DNA from: a candidate division CPR3 bacterium GWF2_35_18
GTDB taxonomy: Bacteria; Patescibacteriota; CPR3; GWF2-35-18
DNA length: 64,000 nucleotides
Direction of reading: 5' to 3'
Assembly (NCBI GenBank): GCA_001771135.1
Contig: MESW01000007.1
Span: 3,563-67,562 of the forward strand
Shown one piece after another: positions 18,999-29,633 of the stretch. A model generated the notes under the pieces. It ran no database searches, was not told the origin of the DNA, and was given only the letters and a program-made list of their open reading frames with translations. The translations under genes and the position numbers were made by a program. Position 1 is the first letter of the stretch. The number at the start of each line of letters is the position of its first letter.

Positions 18999-20124
18999 GA
19001 GTGTAGAGATTAGTAGAAGTTGAGCTACTAGGATTGAAATTCGTAAGGAAGAATAACTTATTTCCGTTTGGTGAGACAAAAACTTCTTTTGATATTAAAA
19101 TTCCTTCATAGACGGATACTTTATTTTGCCCGTCAATTTCGGTAATCGAGAGTTTTCCCGATTTAGTCTCTTCGTTATTTTCAACAAAGATAAATCTTTC
19201 GCTATCGATAAACCATATTACTGATTGGTAATCAGATATCTTAATGGTTGAAGTTGTGATTGTTTCTTTCTCCAAATCATAAACTTCTACAAATCCGTCA
19301 CGATTTTCATAATAAAATTTGTTTTGATCAGGACTCCAGAAAATAGTTTTATCTTTAATGATTCCTTGTGTATTTAAAGATAAAGTGGATATTTTATCTT
19401 TAGTGAGGCTATCTGCTTCAATTTTCCATTTCATAATAATTTCTTCCTTTGTTTTTGTACTTTTTGTAACGCTCGTTGATAAGATATCATTGGTTACAAT
19501 ATAGTTTTCTGTGATATTATCGTTTTGAATGGATACAAGTAACTCATTTCCATCTTGGGACCAGAGGGATTCTGCTTGAGAGTATTTAATATTAGCAGTA
19601 TCTTTTAGTATTTGCTTGAGATCATATCCTTTTCCAAAAGGAAGATTGTTAAAGACTAACAACCAAACTCCATTTTTTTCTTCATTATCTCGTACCTGAA
19701 AAACAATTTTTGTATTATCCAGATTTACCTGAGGATTATAACAACCATAAAGTGTTACGGGTGTAAGAGAAGGATTCATGGGAAATAATCTAGCATCAAT
19801 TTGAATTACTACGTTTTCTTCAACTTTTATATCTTTCTCCCAGCTAGTATAGCCTTCCTTTTGAATCTTTAGATGGTAATTTTCAGGAATAAGGTTTGAT
19901 AATGTTGTATTGGTAACATTTTGAAGTTGATCGTTTAGATAAAGAAGCGCTCCTTTTGGTTCTGAATTTGCAACAATCATTCCGGTCTTTTCCAGTTTTT
20001 TTCCATTTATGTTGTATATATATCCCTTTGCCGTAAATATCAAAATAGTTGCAGAAGCGATAAAGAACAAGGTGCTGATGAGAGAGAAAATGTTTTTTGC
20101 TTTTAGAATATCTTTTAACTTCAT
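18985..20124 (-). CDS. Membrane-anchored PEGA-domain protein with C-terminal beta-propeller-like region
   Basis: N-terminal TM IFSLISTLFFIASATILIF; PEGA-like segment GMIVANSEPKGALLYLNDQLQNVTNTTLSNLIPENYHLKIQKEGYTSWEKDIKVEEN. Confidence 0.45.
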   Translation of the reverse strand: MKLKDILKAKNIFSLISTLFFIASATILIFTAKGYIYNINGKKLEKTGMIVANSEPKGALLYLNDQLQNVTNTTLSNLIPENYHLKIQKEGYTSWEKDIKVEENVVIQIDARLFPMNPSLTPVTLYGCYNPQVNLDNTKIVFQVRDNEEKNGVWLLVFNNLPFGKGYDLKQILKDTANIKYSQAESLWSQDGNELLVSIQNDNITENYIVTNDILSTSVTKSTKTKEEIIMKWKIEADSLTKDKISTLSLNTQGIIKDKTIFWSPDQNKFYYENRDGFVEVYDLEKETITTSTIKISDYQSVIWFIDSERFIFVENNEETKSGKLSITEIDGQNKVSVYEGILISKEVFVSPNGNKLFFLTNFNPSSSTSTNLYTLNLD

Positions 20125-20309
20125 GTTTGTGATTATATACCTAACATCTATTAGTTTGCAAAGATAAATATTGGATATTCAGGAGTTTTATGGTTTTTGA
20201 TTTATGAACTAAATTTACTAAAATATTCTAAGTTTTAGAATTTCGTTTAAAAAGTCTTCTTAAGCGGATTTTACTAATATATATATATACTGATTTCCTT
20301 TGGTAATTT

Positions 20310-20339
20310 AACGTAAATTCGAGTATAATCATTAATATT
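20310..20339 (+). promoter_or_regulatory. Putative sigma70-like promoter for solitary mreB (TTGGTA ... 18 nt ... TATAAT)
   Basis: Perfect -10 TATAAT at 20334..20339; weak -35. Confidence 0.35.
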
Positions 20340-20366
20340 GTTTAAGTATTTAATGGATATTTCTTT

Positions 20367-21386
20367 ATGTTTCATTTTAACCTCGTTCGTCGTATTGGCA
20401 TAGACCTTGGAACAGCAAATTCTTTAGTTTTTATCCCAGGAGAAGGAATTGTTTTAAATGAACCGACGGTTGTTGCTATTACTCATGATGATAACAAAGT
20501 TGTAGCTGTCGGAAATGAGGCCAAAGAGATGCTTGGTCGTACTCCTGAGAACATCATTGCTTCTCGTCCTATGCGTGACGGCGTAATTGCTGATTATATG
20601 ATTATTGAGTCAATGTTACGGTATTTTATCAATAAGGTTATGGGTAAAGTTAAAATTACAAAACCTGAAGTAATGATTTGTGCTCCAGCAGGGGTAACTT
20701 CAGTTGAAAGAAGAGCAGTCTTAGATGCTACTTTATCTGCAGGAGCAAAAACAGCCTATTTAATTGATGAGTGTTTAGCTGCTGCAATTGGTGCAAGAAT
20801 GCCTATTGGAGATCCTTCAGGTAATTTTATAGCAGATATTGGAGGAGGAACAACGGAAGTGGCGATTATTTCTTTAGGAGGAATTGTTGTGAATAATACT
20901 GTAAGAGTTGGAGGAAACAAGCTAGATGAAGCCATTGCTTCATCTATTCGGAGAAAGTATAACTTAATTGTGGGTTATCAGATGTCCGAAAAGATTAAGA
21001 TTGAAATTGGAAGTGCGACTCACATGACTAAAGAGAAGAAAATGGAAATAAAAGGGCGAGACTCAGTAAACGGTCTTCCCAAAAGTATTACAATTACTTC
21101 TTCGGAAGTTACTGAAGCGTTGGCTTTACCTCTAAAAAGTATTGTGGGTGCAATTAAAACTGTTCTAGAAAATACTCCTCCGGAGCTTGCCTCCGATATT
21201 ATCGATAATGGTCTTGTGATGACAGGAGGAACCTCTTTACTTAGGAATATTGATCAACTTTTGACTCGCGAAACAGGAGTTCCTTGTTTAGTAGCTGATG
21301 ATCCCTTAAATTGTGTGGCTGTCGGAACAGGGATAGCTTTAGAAAACTTGGATCATTACAAACGTAACATTACCAGAAAAGGATAA
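20367..21386 (+). CDS. mreB: Actin-like MreB paralog (solitary, not linked to mreCD)
   Basis: RIGIDLGTANSLVF, actin ATPase fold motifs DIGGGTTEVAI, GGTSLLRNI. Confidence 0.85.
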   Translation: MFHFNLVRRIGIDLGTANSLVFIPGEGIVLNEPTVVAITHDDNKVVAVGNEAKEMLGRTPENIIASRPMRDGVIADYMIIESMLRYFINKVMGKVKITKPEVMICAPAGVTSVERRAVLDATLSAGAKTAYLIDECLAAAIGARMPIGDPSGNFIADIGGGTTEVAIISLGGIVVNNTVRVGGNKLDEAIASSIRRKYNLIVGYQMSEKIKIEIGSATHMTKEKKMEIKGRDSVNGLPKSITITSSEVTEALALPLKSIVGAIKTVLENTPPELASDIIDNGLVMTGGTSLLRNIDQLLTRETGVPCLVADDPLNCVAVGTGIALENLDHYKRNITRKG

Positions 21387-21393
21387 AAATAAT

Positions 21394-22512
21394 ATGCTGA
21401 TTGGTATTGATGCTAGCAAAATATTGATATCCAAAAAGACTGGGACAGAGAACTATTCAAGCTCTTTAATCAAAGCAATTTCCAAAATCGATAGAAAAAA
21501 CCAATATTTATTATATCTAAACTCTGATAAAAGAGTTAACCTATTGTCTCAAGAAAACTTTCAAGAAGTTCCATTTTCAGCAAAGAAGCTATGGACTCAG
21601 TATCATCTTGCAAAGGAATTATTTAAAAAAACTCCAGGTGTTCTTTTTGTTCCAGCTCATACTTTACCGGTTATTCGTCCCTCAAAATTAAAGACAGTCG
21701 TAACTATACATGATTTAGGTGCACAGTATCTGCCTCAATATCATCAGTTTCCACAAAGATTATATCTGAATAAAAGTACCGAATACGTATTAAAACATGC
21801 AGATCATATTATTGCTGTTTCTGAGGCGACAAAAAGGGAAATATTAAATAATTCTAGCAGAGATGATAAAACAGTGACAACAATTTATGAAGGGTATAAT
21901 GAGGAATATTTTAATTTTTTCAAGCTTAAATCTCAAAACTTAAAACTCAAGACCATATTAAATAAATATAATCTTAAAAAATCGTATCTTCTGTTTGTAG
22001 GAACAATTCAACCGCGAAAAAATCTATTGCGTTTGATTCAAGCTTTTGCTCAAGTAAATAACTCTGACTTGGATTTGGTTTTTGTAGGTAAAAAAGGTTG
22101 GTTATTCGAAGACATTCTAAAAGAACCACAAAAATTGGGAGTAGAAGAGAAAGTAAAGTTCTTAGATTATGTGCAGGATGTTGATTTGCCTTATTTATAT
22201 TATGGTGCTAAATGTTTTGTTTTTCCAAGTCTTTGTGAAGGATTTGGGATTCCTTTGCTTGAAGCAATGGCAGTAGGTTGTCCGATAATAACCTCTAATA
22301 TTTCGAGTATGCCAGAAATCGCAGGTAATGCGGCCATATTTGTTGATCCTTTTGAAGTAAAGGATATTAAATTAGGTATTGAAAAGATAATTTTCAATAC
22401 AAAACTATGTCAGGATATGGCAAAAAATGGTTTGCAAAGAGTAAAAAACTTTTCTTGGGAGAAAGCAGCTCAAGAAACAGTTAAAGTTTTTGAAAAAGTA
22501 GCCAATCAATAA
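21394..22512 (+). CDS. Glycosyltransferase family 4 (GT-B)
   Basis: C-terminal EX7E-type region FPSLCEGFGIPLLEAMAVGCPIITSNISSMPEIAG. Confidence 0.8.
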   Translation: MLIGIDASKILISKKTGTENYSSSLIKAISKIDRKNQYLLYLNSDKRVNLLSQENFQEVPFSAKKLWTQYHLAKELFKKTPGVLFVPAHTLPVIRPSKLKTVVTIHDLGAQYLPQYHQFPQRLYLNKSTEYVLKHADHIIAVSEATKREILNNSSRDDKTVTTIYEGYNEEYFNFFKLKSQNLKLKTILNKYNLKKSYLLFVGTIQPRKNLLRLIQAFAQVNNSDLDLVFVGKKGWLFEDILKEPQKLGVEEKVKFLDYVQDVDLPYLYYGAKCFVFPSLCEGFGIPLLEAMAVGCPIITSNISSMPEIAGNAAIFVDPFEVKDIKLGIEKIIFNTKLCQDMAKNGLQRVKNFSWEKAAQETVKVFEKVANQ

Positions 22513-22513
22513 A

Positions 22514-23251
22514 ATGAAAGAAACTATTTTAGGAATAAAAATTAGTCTGGAATCAGAACAAGAATTGATTCAAAGTATATCAGAGTATATCAATAGTGGT
22601 CAAAAAATCAGAATATTTACCCCAAATCCAGAGATGGTTATTGAAGCTCAGAGAGATAATGATTTTAAATTAATTTTAAATAGTGCCGAAATTACAATTC
22701 CGGATGGAAAAGGTCTCATTTGGGCCTCAAAAATACTTAATAAAAGATTGAAAAACACTATTCCGGGAACTGATCTTATGGAAAAAATATGCGCAGAAGC
22801 TTCTCGTAAGAACTGGACCATATTTTTATTAGGAGCAAGTAAGGGGATTGCAGATGAAACAAAAAGTATTTTAGAAGTAAGGTATCCAGGAATTAAAATT
22901 ATTGGATTTCTTGAAGGAAGTCCATTAGATGAAGATGATTTAAAAACTCAAAATAATATTTTAAAAATTATTGGTAAAAGAAAGATAGATTTGCTTTTTG
23001 TTGCTTATGGGGCTCCTAAACAGGAGAAATGGATTCATCGTAATATCAGTAGCTTGCCGGTTGCTGTTGCTATGGGAGTTGGGGGAGCCTTTAATTACAT
23101 ATCTGGTAATATAAGTAGAGCTCCAATATGGATGAGAAAGATTGGTCTTGAATGGTTTTATCGACTTATAACGGAACCATGGAGATGGAAAAGACAATTG
23201 AAATTAATTCGTTTTAGTTATTTAGTCTTCATAAATAGGATACAAAGTTAA
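22514..23251 (+). CDS. WecB/TagA/CpsF-family glycosyltransferase (GT26)
   Basis: 245 aa; ILGIKISLESEQELI..., PDGKGLIWASK, FLLGASKGIADE, WMRKIGLEWFYRL typical of GT26. Confidence 0.8.
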   Translation: MKETILGIKISLESEQELIQSISEYINSGQKIRIFTPNPEMVIEAQRDNDFKLILNSAEITIPDGKGLIWASKILNKRLKNTIPGTDLMEKICAEASRKNWTIFLLGASKGIADETKSILEVRYPGIKIIGFLEGSPLDEDDLKTQNNILKIIGKRKIDLLFVAYGAPKQEKWIHRNISSLPVAVAMGVGGAFNYISGNISRAPIWMRKIGLEWFYRLITEPWRWKRQLKLIRFSYLVFINRIQS

Positions 23252-23272
23252 TTTTTGATATAATATTTCATT

Positions 23273-24478
23273 ATGAGAATTCTTTATCTATATCAATTCC
23301 CTTTATACGGTAATGGTAGTGGTTCAAGCCTAAGAAATATTGCCGGAATTGTTGCTAAAGAACACAAGGTGGCTATCTTAGCTCCCGATGAAAGAAAACT
23401 ACCAAGGATAAAAGGATATACTGCTATACCTTCTCAAATTCCTGTTTTTGTGGGTCACCCTGAATTAAAAAAATCCAAAAAATTTAGTGAATTAAACCCT
23501 CAAGAGATATCAGATCTGTATTCTTATTATTATCAGCGTGTAATTGAAGCCGTTTCTGAATTTAAACCAAATTTTATTGACGTTCAACATGCCCATTTTT
23601 TAACATGGGTTGCTAGAGATATCTGTGCTATATATAATATTCCATTTTCTGTATATGTACATGGTAGCGATCTGCATGCGATTGAACTTGATAAAAGATA
23701 TCATGCTTTAACAAGAGATGCTTTAAAATGGGCAAAGAGAATCATTGTTAATAGTGGTTATACTAGGGAATGGTTGCTCAAACTTTTTCCAAATGAGTTT
23801 GATAGTAAGAGAAAAATTCGTACTATTGCTCCTGGAGGAGTGAATATTGATAATTTTCCGGAATTTATTTCATTAAAACATATAAATAGCAAATATAATC
23901 TAAATGGGAAAAACGTCGTTTTATTTACGGGAAGACTTACCAGTCAGAAAGGTACAAAATATCTTATTAAAGCAGCTCATCGTATTAAAGGTGAAGTGGT
24001 TATATTAGGAGACGGTCCAGAACAAGATAATTTGAAACAGCTAGTGGCTCAAAGAAAATTAACCAATGTTCATTTATTGGGATATGTAGGAAATGAACAT
24101 CGCCGAGAACTGAAAGAATGGTATTATCGAGCTGATGTTCTTGTTGCTCCTTCAGTTTGGGATGAACCTTTGGGTTTATCTATCATTGAATCAATGGCCG
24201 CCAAAACACCTGTCGTTGCTACCCGTAAAGGAGGAATTCCATCAGCGATTAAAGATAATTATAATGGAATATTAGTACGTTCCCGTAATAGTAATCAGAT
24301 TGCAGATGCTGTTAATAAGATATTATTAAATCCAGAACTAGGGCTTAAGATGGGAGAAAGAGCAAGAGAGACGGTAAAACAAAAATTCACAAGAGAAATC
24401 ATTGCGAGGAAATTTGTGAATATGTATGAAAAATTTTCATATACTTGGCCAAATAAAAATAATGGGAGAAAAAAATGA
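23273..24478 (+). CDS. Glycosyltransferase family 4
   Basis: VAPSVWDEPLGLSIIESMAAKTPVVATRKGGIPSAIKDNYNGILV. Confidence 0.75.
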   Translation: MRILYLYQFPLYGNGSGSSLRNIAGIVAKEHKVAILAPDERKLPRIKGYTAIPSQIPVFVGHPELKKSKKFSELNPQEISDLYSYYYQRVIEAVSEFKPNFIDVQHAHFLTWVARDICAIYNIPFSVYVHGSDLHAIELDKRYHALTRDALKWAKRIIVNSGYTREWLLKLFPNEFDSKRKIRTIAPGGVNIDNFPEFISLKHINSKYNLNGKNVVLFTGRLTSQKGTKYLIKAAHRIKGEVVILGDGPEQDNLKQLVAQRKLTNVHLLGYVGNEHRRELKEWYYRADVLVAPSVWDEPLGLSIIESMAAKTPVVATRKGGIPSAIKDNYNGILVRSRNSNQIADAVNKILLNPELGLKMGERARETVKQKFTREIIARKFVNMYEKFSYTWPNKNNGRKK

Positions 24479-25779
24479 TTGAGCCTCTTTATGGTCTTTC
24501 AAGTAAAGAAATCGTAACTTCTGCAGAAAGAGCTCAGCGAATTGAAACAGTTTTAAAGTCTCAACTTACAAAACAGACAAACGAATTTGTAGATCCTGCT
24601 CCTGTAGTTAAAGAAGGTAGCGAAGCTGATTTTTTAATAGTTTATGGTCAAGGTCCAGTCCTTCCAGGGAATTTAAGAGAGCATGACGATACTCAAGGAG
24701 ATGTAAATGTATATTGTCGTTTAAACGCTGTTGCAGCGGCGGCGATGTATCGTGAAGGATTGACGACAAAAGTAATATTAACAGGAGGGCGTACTGGTAG
24801 ACAAGAACTGAAATCAGAAGGAGAATTAATGAAAAACATAATGGTTCACGAATATGGAATCCCTGAGGAAGCTATTTTAGTTGAAGATAAAGCTGGAAAT
24901 ACTCTCCAAAATTATGCAAATAGTTTAGAAATGGAAGGTGGTATTAAAGAAGGTTCTCGAATAATGCATTTAGCTGCTCCTCATCATACAGGAAGAGTCC
25001 ATATGATGGCAAAAATGTATGATTTGGATGGACCAACTTTTAGCTCTGAACAGGTTCTACGACAAGTTTTTGATACTGCAATTAGAGGTGAAGACTATGA
25101 TACTAATTTCATAGGTTTTGATTCGAATACTGCCAGAAAAATAACTCAAAATATGCATATTTTATTTAATGCTGACGATAATCCTAATTTTTTTGCTCGG
25201 GCTACTGCTGAAAATCGATGGACAGAAGGGCTTATTCAAATGCCTGAGTACTGGATTATGCAAGCTGCCATGATTAACGATGAAAAACGTTTTATTAGAA
25301 TACTTCAGACTTTAAAAGATATTAAGATGGTTTTACCAGAATGTCAGCATCCTCTTGGTAAAGATCTTAATTATCAAGAAAATGTTATAGGTCCATTTTT
25401 ACAGAGGTGTGGAATTGATCTATCAGCGATTGATTTTAATAATCCTGAAGCTATTCATGTTTTAATGCAAAGAATGAGAGATGTCAAAAGAGATCTTTCT
25501 CCTCAGGTTTGGGATAGCATATACGGTTCAGAATATGCTAATTATGAAAATCCTGAAGAGTGGCTTCCCAGAATAATAGCAGATATCGACTTAGTAATTG
25601 CGGGAATAGAGGGAAAAGCAAAAGGGATTCACAGGCCTAATTTCTTAAGAGAATTACTCGTCCCTGCTGAAAATTGGCTTTCTGAAAGAGGTATAGAACT
25701 ACCAGATGAAGATAATATAAACAAAATAGATGAATTATTGATTTTAAAGAGATCTATTCAAGAAAAAATATCTAATTAA
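24475..25779 (+). CDS. DUF218 (SanA/YdcF/ElyC-like) domain protein with long C-terminal extension
   Basis: VILTGGRTGRQELKSEGELMKNIMVHEYGIPEEAILVEDKAGNTLQNYANS matches the DUF218 core; 4-nt overlap with upstream GT4. Confidence 0.55.
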   Translation: MIEPLYGLSSKEIVTSAERAQRIETVLKSQLTKQTNEFVDPAPVVKEGSEADFLIVYGQGPVLPGNLREHDDTQGDVNVYCRLNAVAAAAMYREGLTTKVILTGGRTGRQELKSEGELMKNIMVHEYGIPEEAILVEDKAGNTLQNYANSLEMEGGIKEGSRIMHLAAPHHTGRVHMMAKMYDLDGPTFSSEQVLRQVFDTAIRGEDYDTNFIGFDSNTARKITQNMHILFNADDNPNFFARATAENRWTEGLIQMPEYWIMQAAMINDEKRFIRILQTLKDIKMVLPECQHPLGKDLNYQENVIGPFLQRCGIDLSAIDFNNPEAIHVLMQRMRDVKRDLSPQVWDSIYGSEYANYENPEEWLPRIIADIDLVIAGIEGKAKGIHRPNFLRELLVPAENWLSERGIELPDEDNINKIDELLILKRSIQEKISN

Positions 25780-25788
25780 GGAGAAAAA

Positions 25789-26907
25789 ATGAGGATTGCG
25801 TTTGTTACAGGATTGAAAAGATCAACGACAAAAGATAGTCTTGGTGGTAGGAATCAGATAGTTTACAAATTGGTTGAAGGAATGGCAAAAAGGGGCCATC
25901 AAGTAACTTTTATTGGCACTGGTGATTCACAATTGCCAGCGGAAATTATCCCTATTGTCGACAAAGCTTTAATGTTTCAATCTCCTCAAGAAAATGATTT
26001 TTACTTCCATACAGCTTACCTATCAATGATGACAAAGAAGATGGCTGAAATGGCTAATCAGTTTGATATAATTGCCAATCACGTTTATCCGGAATTTCTT
26101 CCTTTACTTGTTGCAAATCAAATTCAGACTCCAATTGTGACAACGACTCATGCACAAGTGACTCCGTATCTTGCGAAAGCAATGTCAGGTTACAAAGATA
26201 GTTATTTTGTTTTTGTTTCAAATTCACATCGGGATTTAGCTCGAAAATATGCAGCTTTTCCCAATTCAAAAACTATTTATAATGGGATAGATGTGGATAA
26301 ATTCACTTTCTCAAACTCTGCAGAAGATCATCTATTATTCTTTGGAAGAATAAATTATTATAAAGATGAAACTGGGAAATTAGTTGATGCAAAAGGATGG
26401 AAAGTATCTCTTGATGTTGCAAAAGAAAGCGGAGAAAGTTTAGAGATAGCTGGTCCAGTATTAGCCGGTGAATTTGGATCAAACGCACAACAATTTTATG
26501 ACACAAATGTTTCACCATTTATTGATGGTGAAAAAATTAAATTTGTGTCCAAAATACAGGCTTCCGAACCGGTTGAATTTGAACAAAAAGTAAAATTACT
26601 AGGAAGAGCAAAAGCTTTACTCTTTCCAATTAATTGGGATGAGCCTTTCGGTTTAGTGATGGTTGAAGCTTTAGCTTGTGGAACCCCAGTGATTGGTTTC
26701 AACCGTGCTTCTGTTCCCGAAATCATTATTAATGGAAAAACGGGATTCATTGTAAACAATAGAGAAGAAATGATTAAAATTATACCAAAGATTAAAGATA
26801 TCAAAAGAGAAGATTGTCGTCAGAGAGCTTTTGACTTTACTACTGATAAAATGGTAAATAATTATATAGAATATTATGAAGAAATATATGCCCAAACTAA
26901 AAAATAA
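25789..26907 (+). CDS. Glycosyltransferase family 4
   Basis: FPINWDEPFGLVMVEALACGTPVIGFNRASVPEIIINGKTGFIV. Confidence 0.75.
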   Translation: MRIAFVTGLKRSTTKDSLGGRNQIVYKLVEGMAKRGHQVTFIGTGDSQLPAEIIPIVDKALMFQSPQENDFYFHTAYLSMMTKKMAEMANQFDIIANHVYPEFLPLLVANQIQTPIVTTTHAQVTPYLAKAMSGYKDSYFVFVSNSHRDLARKYAAFPNSKTIYNGIDVDKFTFSNSAEDHLLFFGRINYYKDETGKLVDAKGWKVSLDVAKESGESLEIAGPVLAGEFGSNAQQFYDTNVSPFIDGEKIKFVSKIQASEPVEFEQKVKLLGRAKALLFPINWDEPFGLVMVEALACGTPVIGFNRASVPEIIINGKTGFIVNNREEMIKIIPKIKDIKREDCRQRAFDFTTDKMVNNYIEYYEEIYAQTKK

Positions 26908-28021
26908 TAAGCTAAAAATTCTAATTTTAGCCCCTGTAATATATATGTCTCCGACTAAATTTGGAGATAAGATATATGCACCTAGAGATTATATCCTTAC
27001 TTTAGCAGAAGGTCTTAAGAAAAAAGGTCATGAAGTAATTCTTTTCAGTACTCCTGATTTGAAAACAGAAGTACCATTAATGGGAGGGGACTGGTATCCT
27101 TTGAAACACGATTTGATTAGAGATCGATATAAAACAAGAGAGCTTATTTCTGAATATTGGATGCAAAGTAGAACTTTAGTTCAAGATTATTATGAGGCTG
27201 ACATTATTGTAAAGGCGATAAAATATGCGAATGAAAATCAGGTAGACATTATTCACACCGATAGTTATTTAGTGCATTTTTTCCAATCCTTAACTGAAAT
27301 TCCAATTATTTATTTAATGCATGATCCTTTACCTACTGATGAAGCTATAGAATATTGGATATTAAAACGTTTTAAGGATCATAAATACATCTCTATAAGC
27401 AATTCTCAACGCAGAAGCGGTGATTTGCATATAAATTTTATTGATACTGTTTATCATGGTTTACCTTTAGAAAATTTCATATTTAACCCTAAAAGAGGAG
27501 AATCTTTAGCTTTTGTAGGTAGAGTAATAAAGGAAAAGGGTTTAGATAAAGCAATCGAAGTATCGAAAAAACTGAATATTCCCTTAAAACTTGCAACAAC
27601 TAATGATTATAAAGATTCCCAATATTATCAAGAAGAAATTGCTCCTATTATTGATAAAAGACTAGTGCAAACAATGGGATTTTTGGTCGGTAAAGAAAAG
27701 ATCGAATTCTATAATAAAGCAATGGCTTTACTTTTTCCGATCTCTTGGTCTGAACCATTTGGTTTAGTTATGATTGAAGCTATGGCTTGTGGAACTCCTG
27801 TGGTGGCTTTTGACTGTGGTTCAGTGAAAGAAGTGGTTAAAGATGGTGTAACTGGATATGTTGTTGATCCTCGAGAAGGGATAACTGGATTTATTGAAGC
27901 AGTGAAAAAAATTGATTTGATAGACAGAGTTAAGTGCCGGGAATATTTTGAGACTCATTTTACAGCAGAGATTATGGTGAATAATTATGAGAAATTATAT
28001 TCAAAAGTTCTTCAGAAATAA
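26876..28021 (+). CDS. Glycosyltransferase family 4
   Basis: FPISWSEPFGLVMIEAMACGTPVVAFDCGSVKEVVKDGVTGYVV; paralog of previous gene. Confidence 0.75.
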   Translation: MKKYMPKLKNNKLKILILAPVIYMSPTKFGDKIYAPRDYILTLAEGLKKKGHEVILFSTPDLKTEVPLMGGDWYPLKHDLIRDRYKTRELISEYWMQSRTLVQDYYEADIIVKAIKYANENQVDIIHTDSYLVHFFQSLTEIPIIYLMHDPLPTDEAIEYWILKRFKDHKYISISNSQRRSGDLHINFIDTVYHGLPLENFIFNPKRGESLAFVGRVIKEKGLDKAIEVSKKLNIPLKLATTNDYKDSQYYQEEIAPIIDKRLVQTMGFLVGKEKIEFYNKAMALLFPISWSEPFGLVMIEAMACGTPVVAFDCGSVKEVVKDGVTGYVVDPREGITGFIEAVKKIDLIDRVKCREYFETHFTAEIMVNNYEKLYSKVLQK

Positions 28022-28048
28022 ATATTTATCAGAGATGCACTAAATTCT

Positions 28049-29626
28049 ATGAATTTTTTTTCTAACCCTCCAGTTATTAGTATTAAAGATTATGTCTTAA
28101 AGGATATTATTTGGAAGAATCACGTTACAGGAGAATCCAAAAAGATAAAAAGATTTTTTAACGGATATGATAAAGGTCTTCTAAAGGCTAATTTATCTGA
28201 TAAGTATTGGGCTTTGATTATAAAAAACTGTGATTTTGTTAAAAAAGAGCTTGAAGGAAGGGGTGGATTTTTTTATAGTAATTTTCATATTCTCCCAGAA
28301 AATCGAAGTCAATTTGACTCTGTTTATCCGATATCAGACAACCCAATATCCTTTAAAACAGTATTTGTGAGTGGGTTTCTCTTTCCTCAAGATCAAATAA
28401 TAAACATTGAGGGTGGATTTTACATTAAAGGTGAGAAATCGCCTTCCTTGGAGGAACTAACTGAACAGCATATTCCACAAGAACATTATCCCACACTACT
28501 TTTTAATTTAGGTTATTACTATACCAAACAACTTCTCAATGAAATAGATTATGGGTATAATAAGGTAAGAAGAAGTAAACATTTAGATAAGGAAATATTA
28601 GAAAGTGATTGTTTACCTTTTTTAGGTGGTTCTGTATGGAAAAAATCTGACATATTAGTTGTTAATCCGCCTTTATTTAACAAGTCTGTGATACTTTTTA
28701 GCAAAGAAGGAAAGATATTGATAATTAAAAACTGGAAGCTAGAAGAAGGTTCTGTCGAAATTCTAGGGAAATTTTTATCTTGGAAGAAAGAAGATGTTAA
28801 CAACTTCAATTCAGATAGTGATATTCAGATTTTTACTCCTTTTATAGACAATAAAAATGCTTCATTATCGGAGAAGTATAAAAACTATAATGTTTTTGTT
28901 GGAAGTGGGAGAGTTAATTTCTTAATTATTTCCAAAGGAACTGGAAAGAATCCTGAATCATACATAGTGAAAATAAAGAAGGGAAAGATCTTGATGCCTT
29001 CGATGGGAATGGTAATTTCTTTAGATGAGAATTTCTTTACGCAAAATTTTAAAGGGAATTTTTCTGATTTCGATGAGAGTGGATTTATCAAATCAGAAAC
29101 TCCTCTTAAAGTTTATTTCAAAGTTGGTGTCCCTATAGATATGAATTCTTATGATATTTCCTTTGGTTATGGAGGTTTTTTACCTCTAGTGTTAAATGGA
29201 AATGATTTTACGGAATCTCCAGATGAACTAGAAAAGTTAATGTTTGACCAAGGATTTTTCCATCCATTTTCCAGGCAGTCTCAAGAAACTCCTATTGAAA
29301 AACCTTATGAAAGGGAACCACGCGCAGTTTTTGTCGTCACAGAAAATAGTGATAATAAAGAGGAATATGGATTTTTCTCATTCTCAGGTAGATATGAAAA
29401 CTCTATTGGAATAAGTCTTTTCGAAATAGTTCCACTTTTAAAACAAATATTAAAGACTAGAAAGATTAAATTTGTGATACACTTAGATAGTGGATCTGCG
29501 GTAAAATTAATGTATTTACAAAATAAGCAGAATGTTAGAATATTAAATTTAACCGCTTTGTCCATGCGTAGTTTTACTGGAGAATATACAGAAAATGTAT
29601 ATAACTTGATTAACTTTTCTGTTTAA
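28049..29626 (+). CDS. Hypothetical 525-aa soluble protein embedded in glycosyltransferase operon (no motif recognised)
   Basis: ORF track; same strand, 27-nt gap upstream and 7-nt gap downstream; no TM or signal peptide evident. Confidence 0.4.
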   Translation: MNFFSNPPVISIKDYVLKDIIWKNHVTGESKKIKRFFNGYDKGLLKANLSDKYWALIIKNCDFVKKELEGRGGFFYSNFHILPENRSQFDSVYPISDNPISFKTVFVSGFLFPQDQIINIEGGFYIKGEKSPSLEELTEQHIPQEHYPTLLFNLGYYYTKQLLNEIDYGYNKVRRSKHLDKEILESDCLPFLGGSVWKKSDILVVNPPLFNKSVILFSKEGKILIIKNWKLEEGSVEILGKFLSWKKEDVNNFNSDSDIQIFTPFIDNKNASLSEKYKNYNVFVGSGRVNFLIISKGTGKNPESYIVKIKKGKILMPSMGMVISLDENFFTQNFKGNFSDFDESGFIKSETPLKVYFKVGVPIDMNSYDISFGYGGFLPLVLNGNDFTESPDELEKLMFDQGFFHPFSRQSQETPIEKPYEREPRAVFVVTENSDNKEEYGFFSFSGRYENSIGISLFEIVPLLKQILKTRKIKFVIHLDSGSAVKLMYLQNKQNVRILNLTALSMRSFTGEYTENVYNLINFSV

Positions 29627-29633
29627 TATCTAA

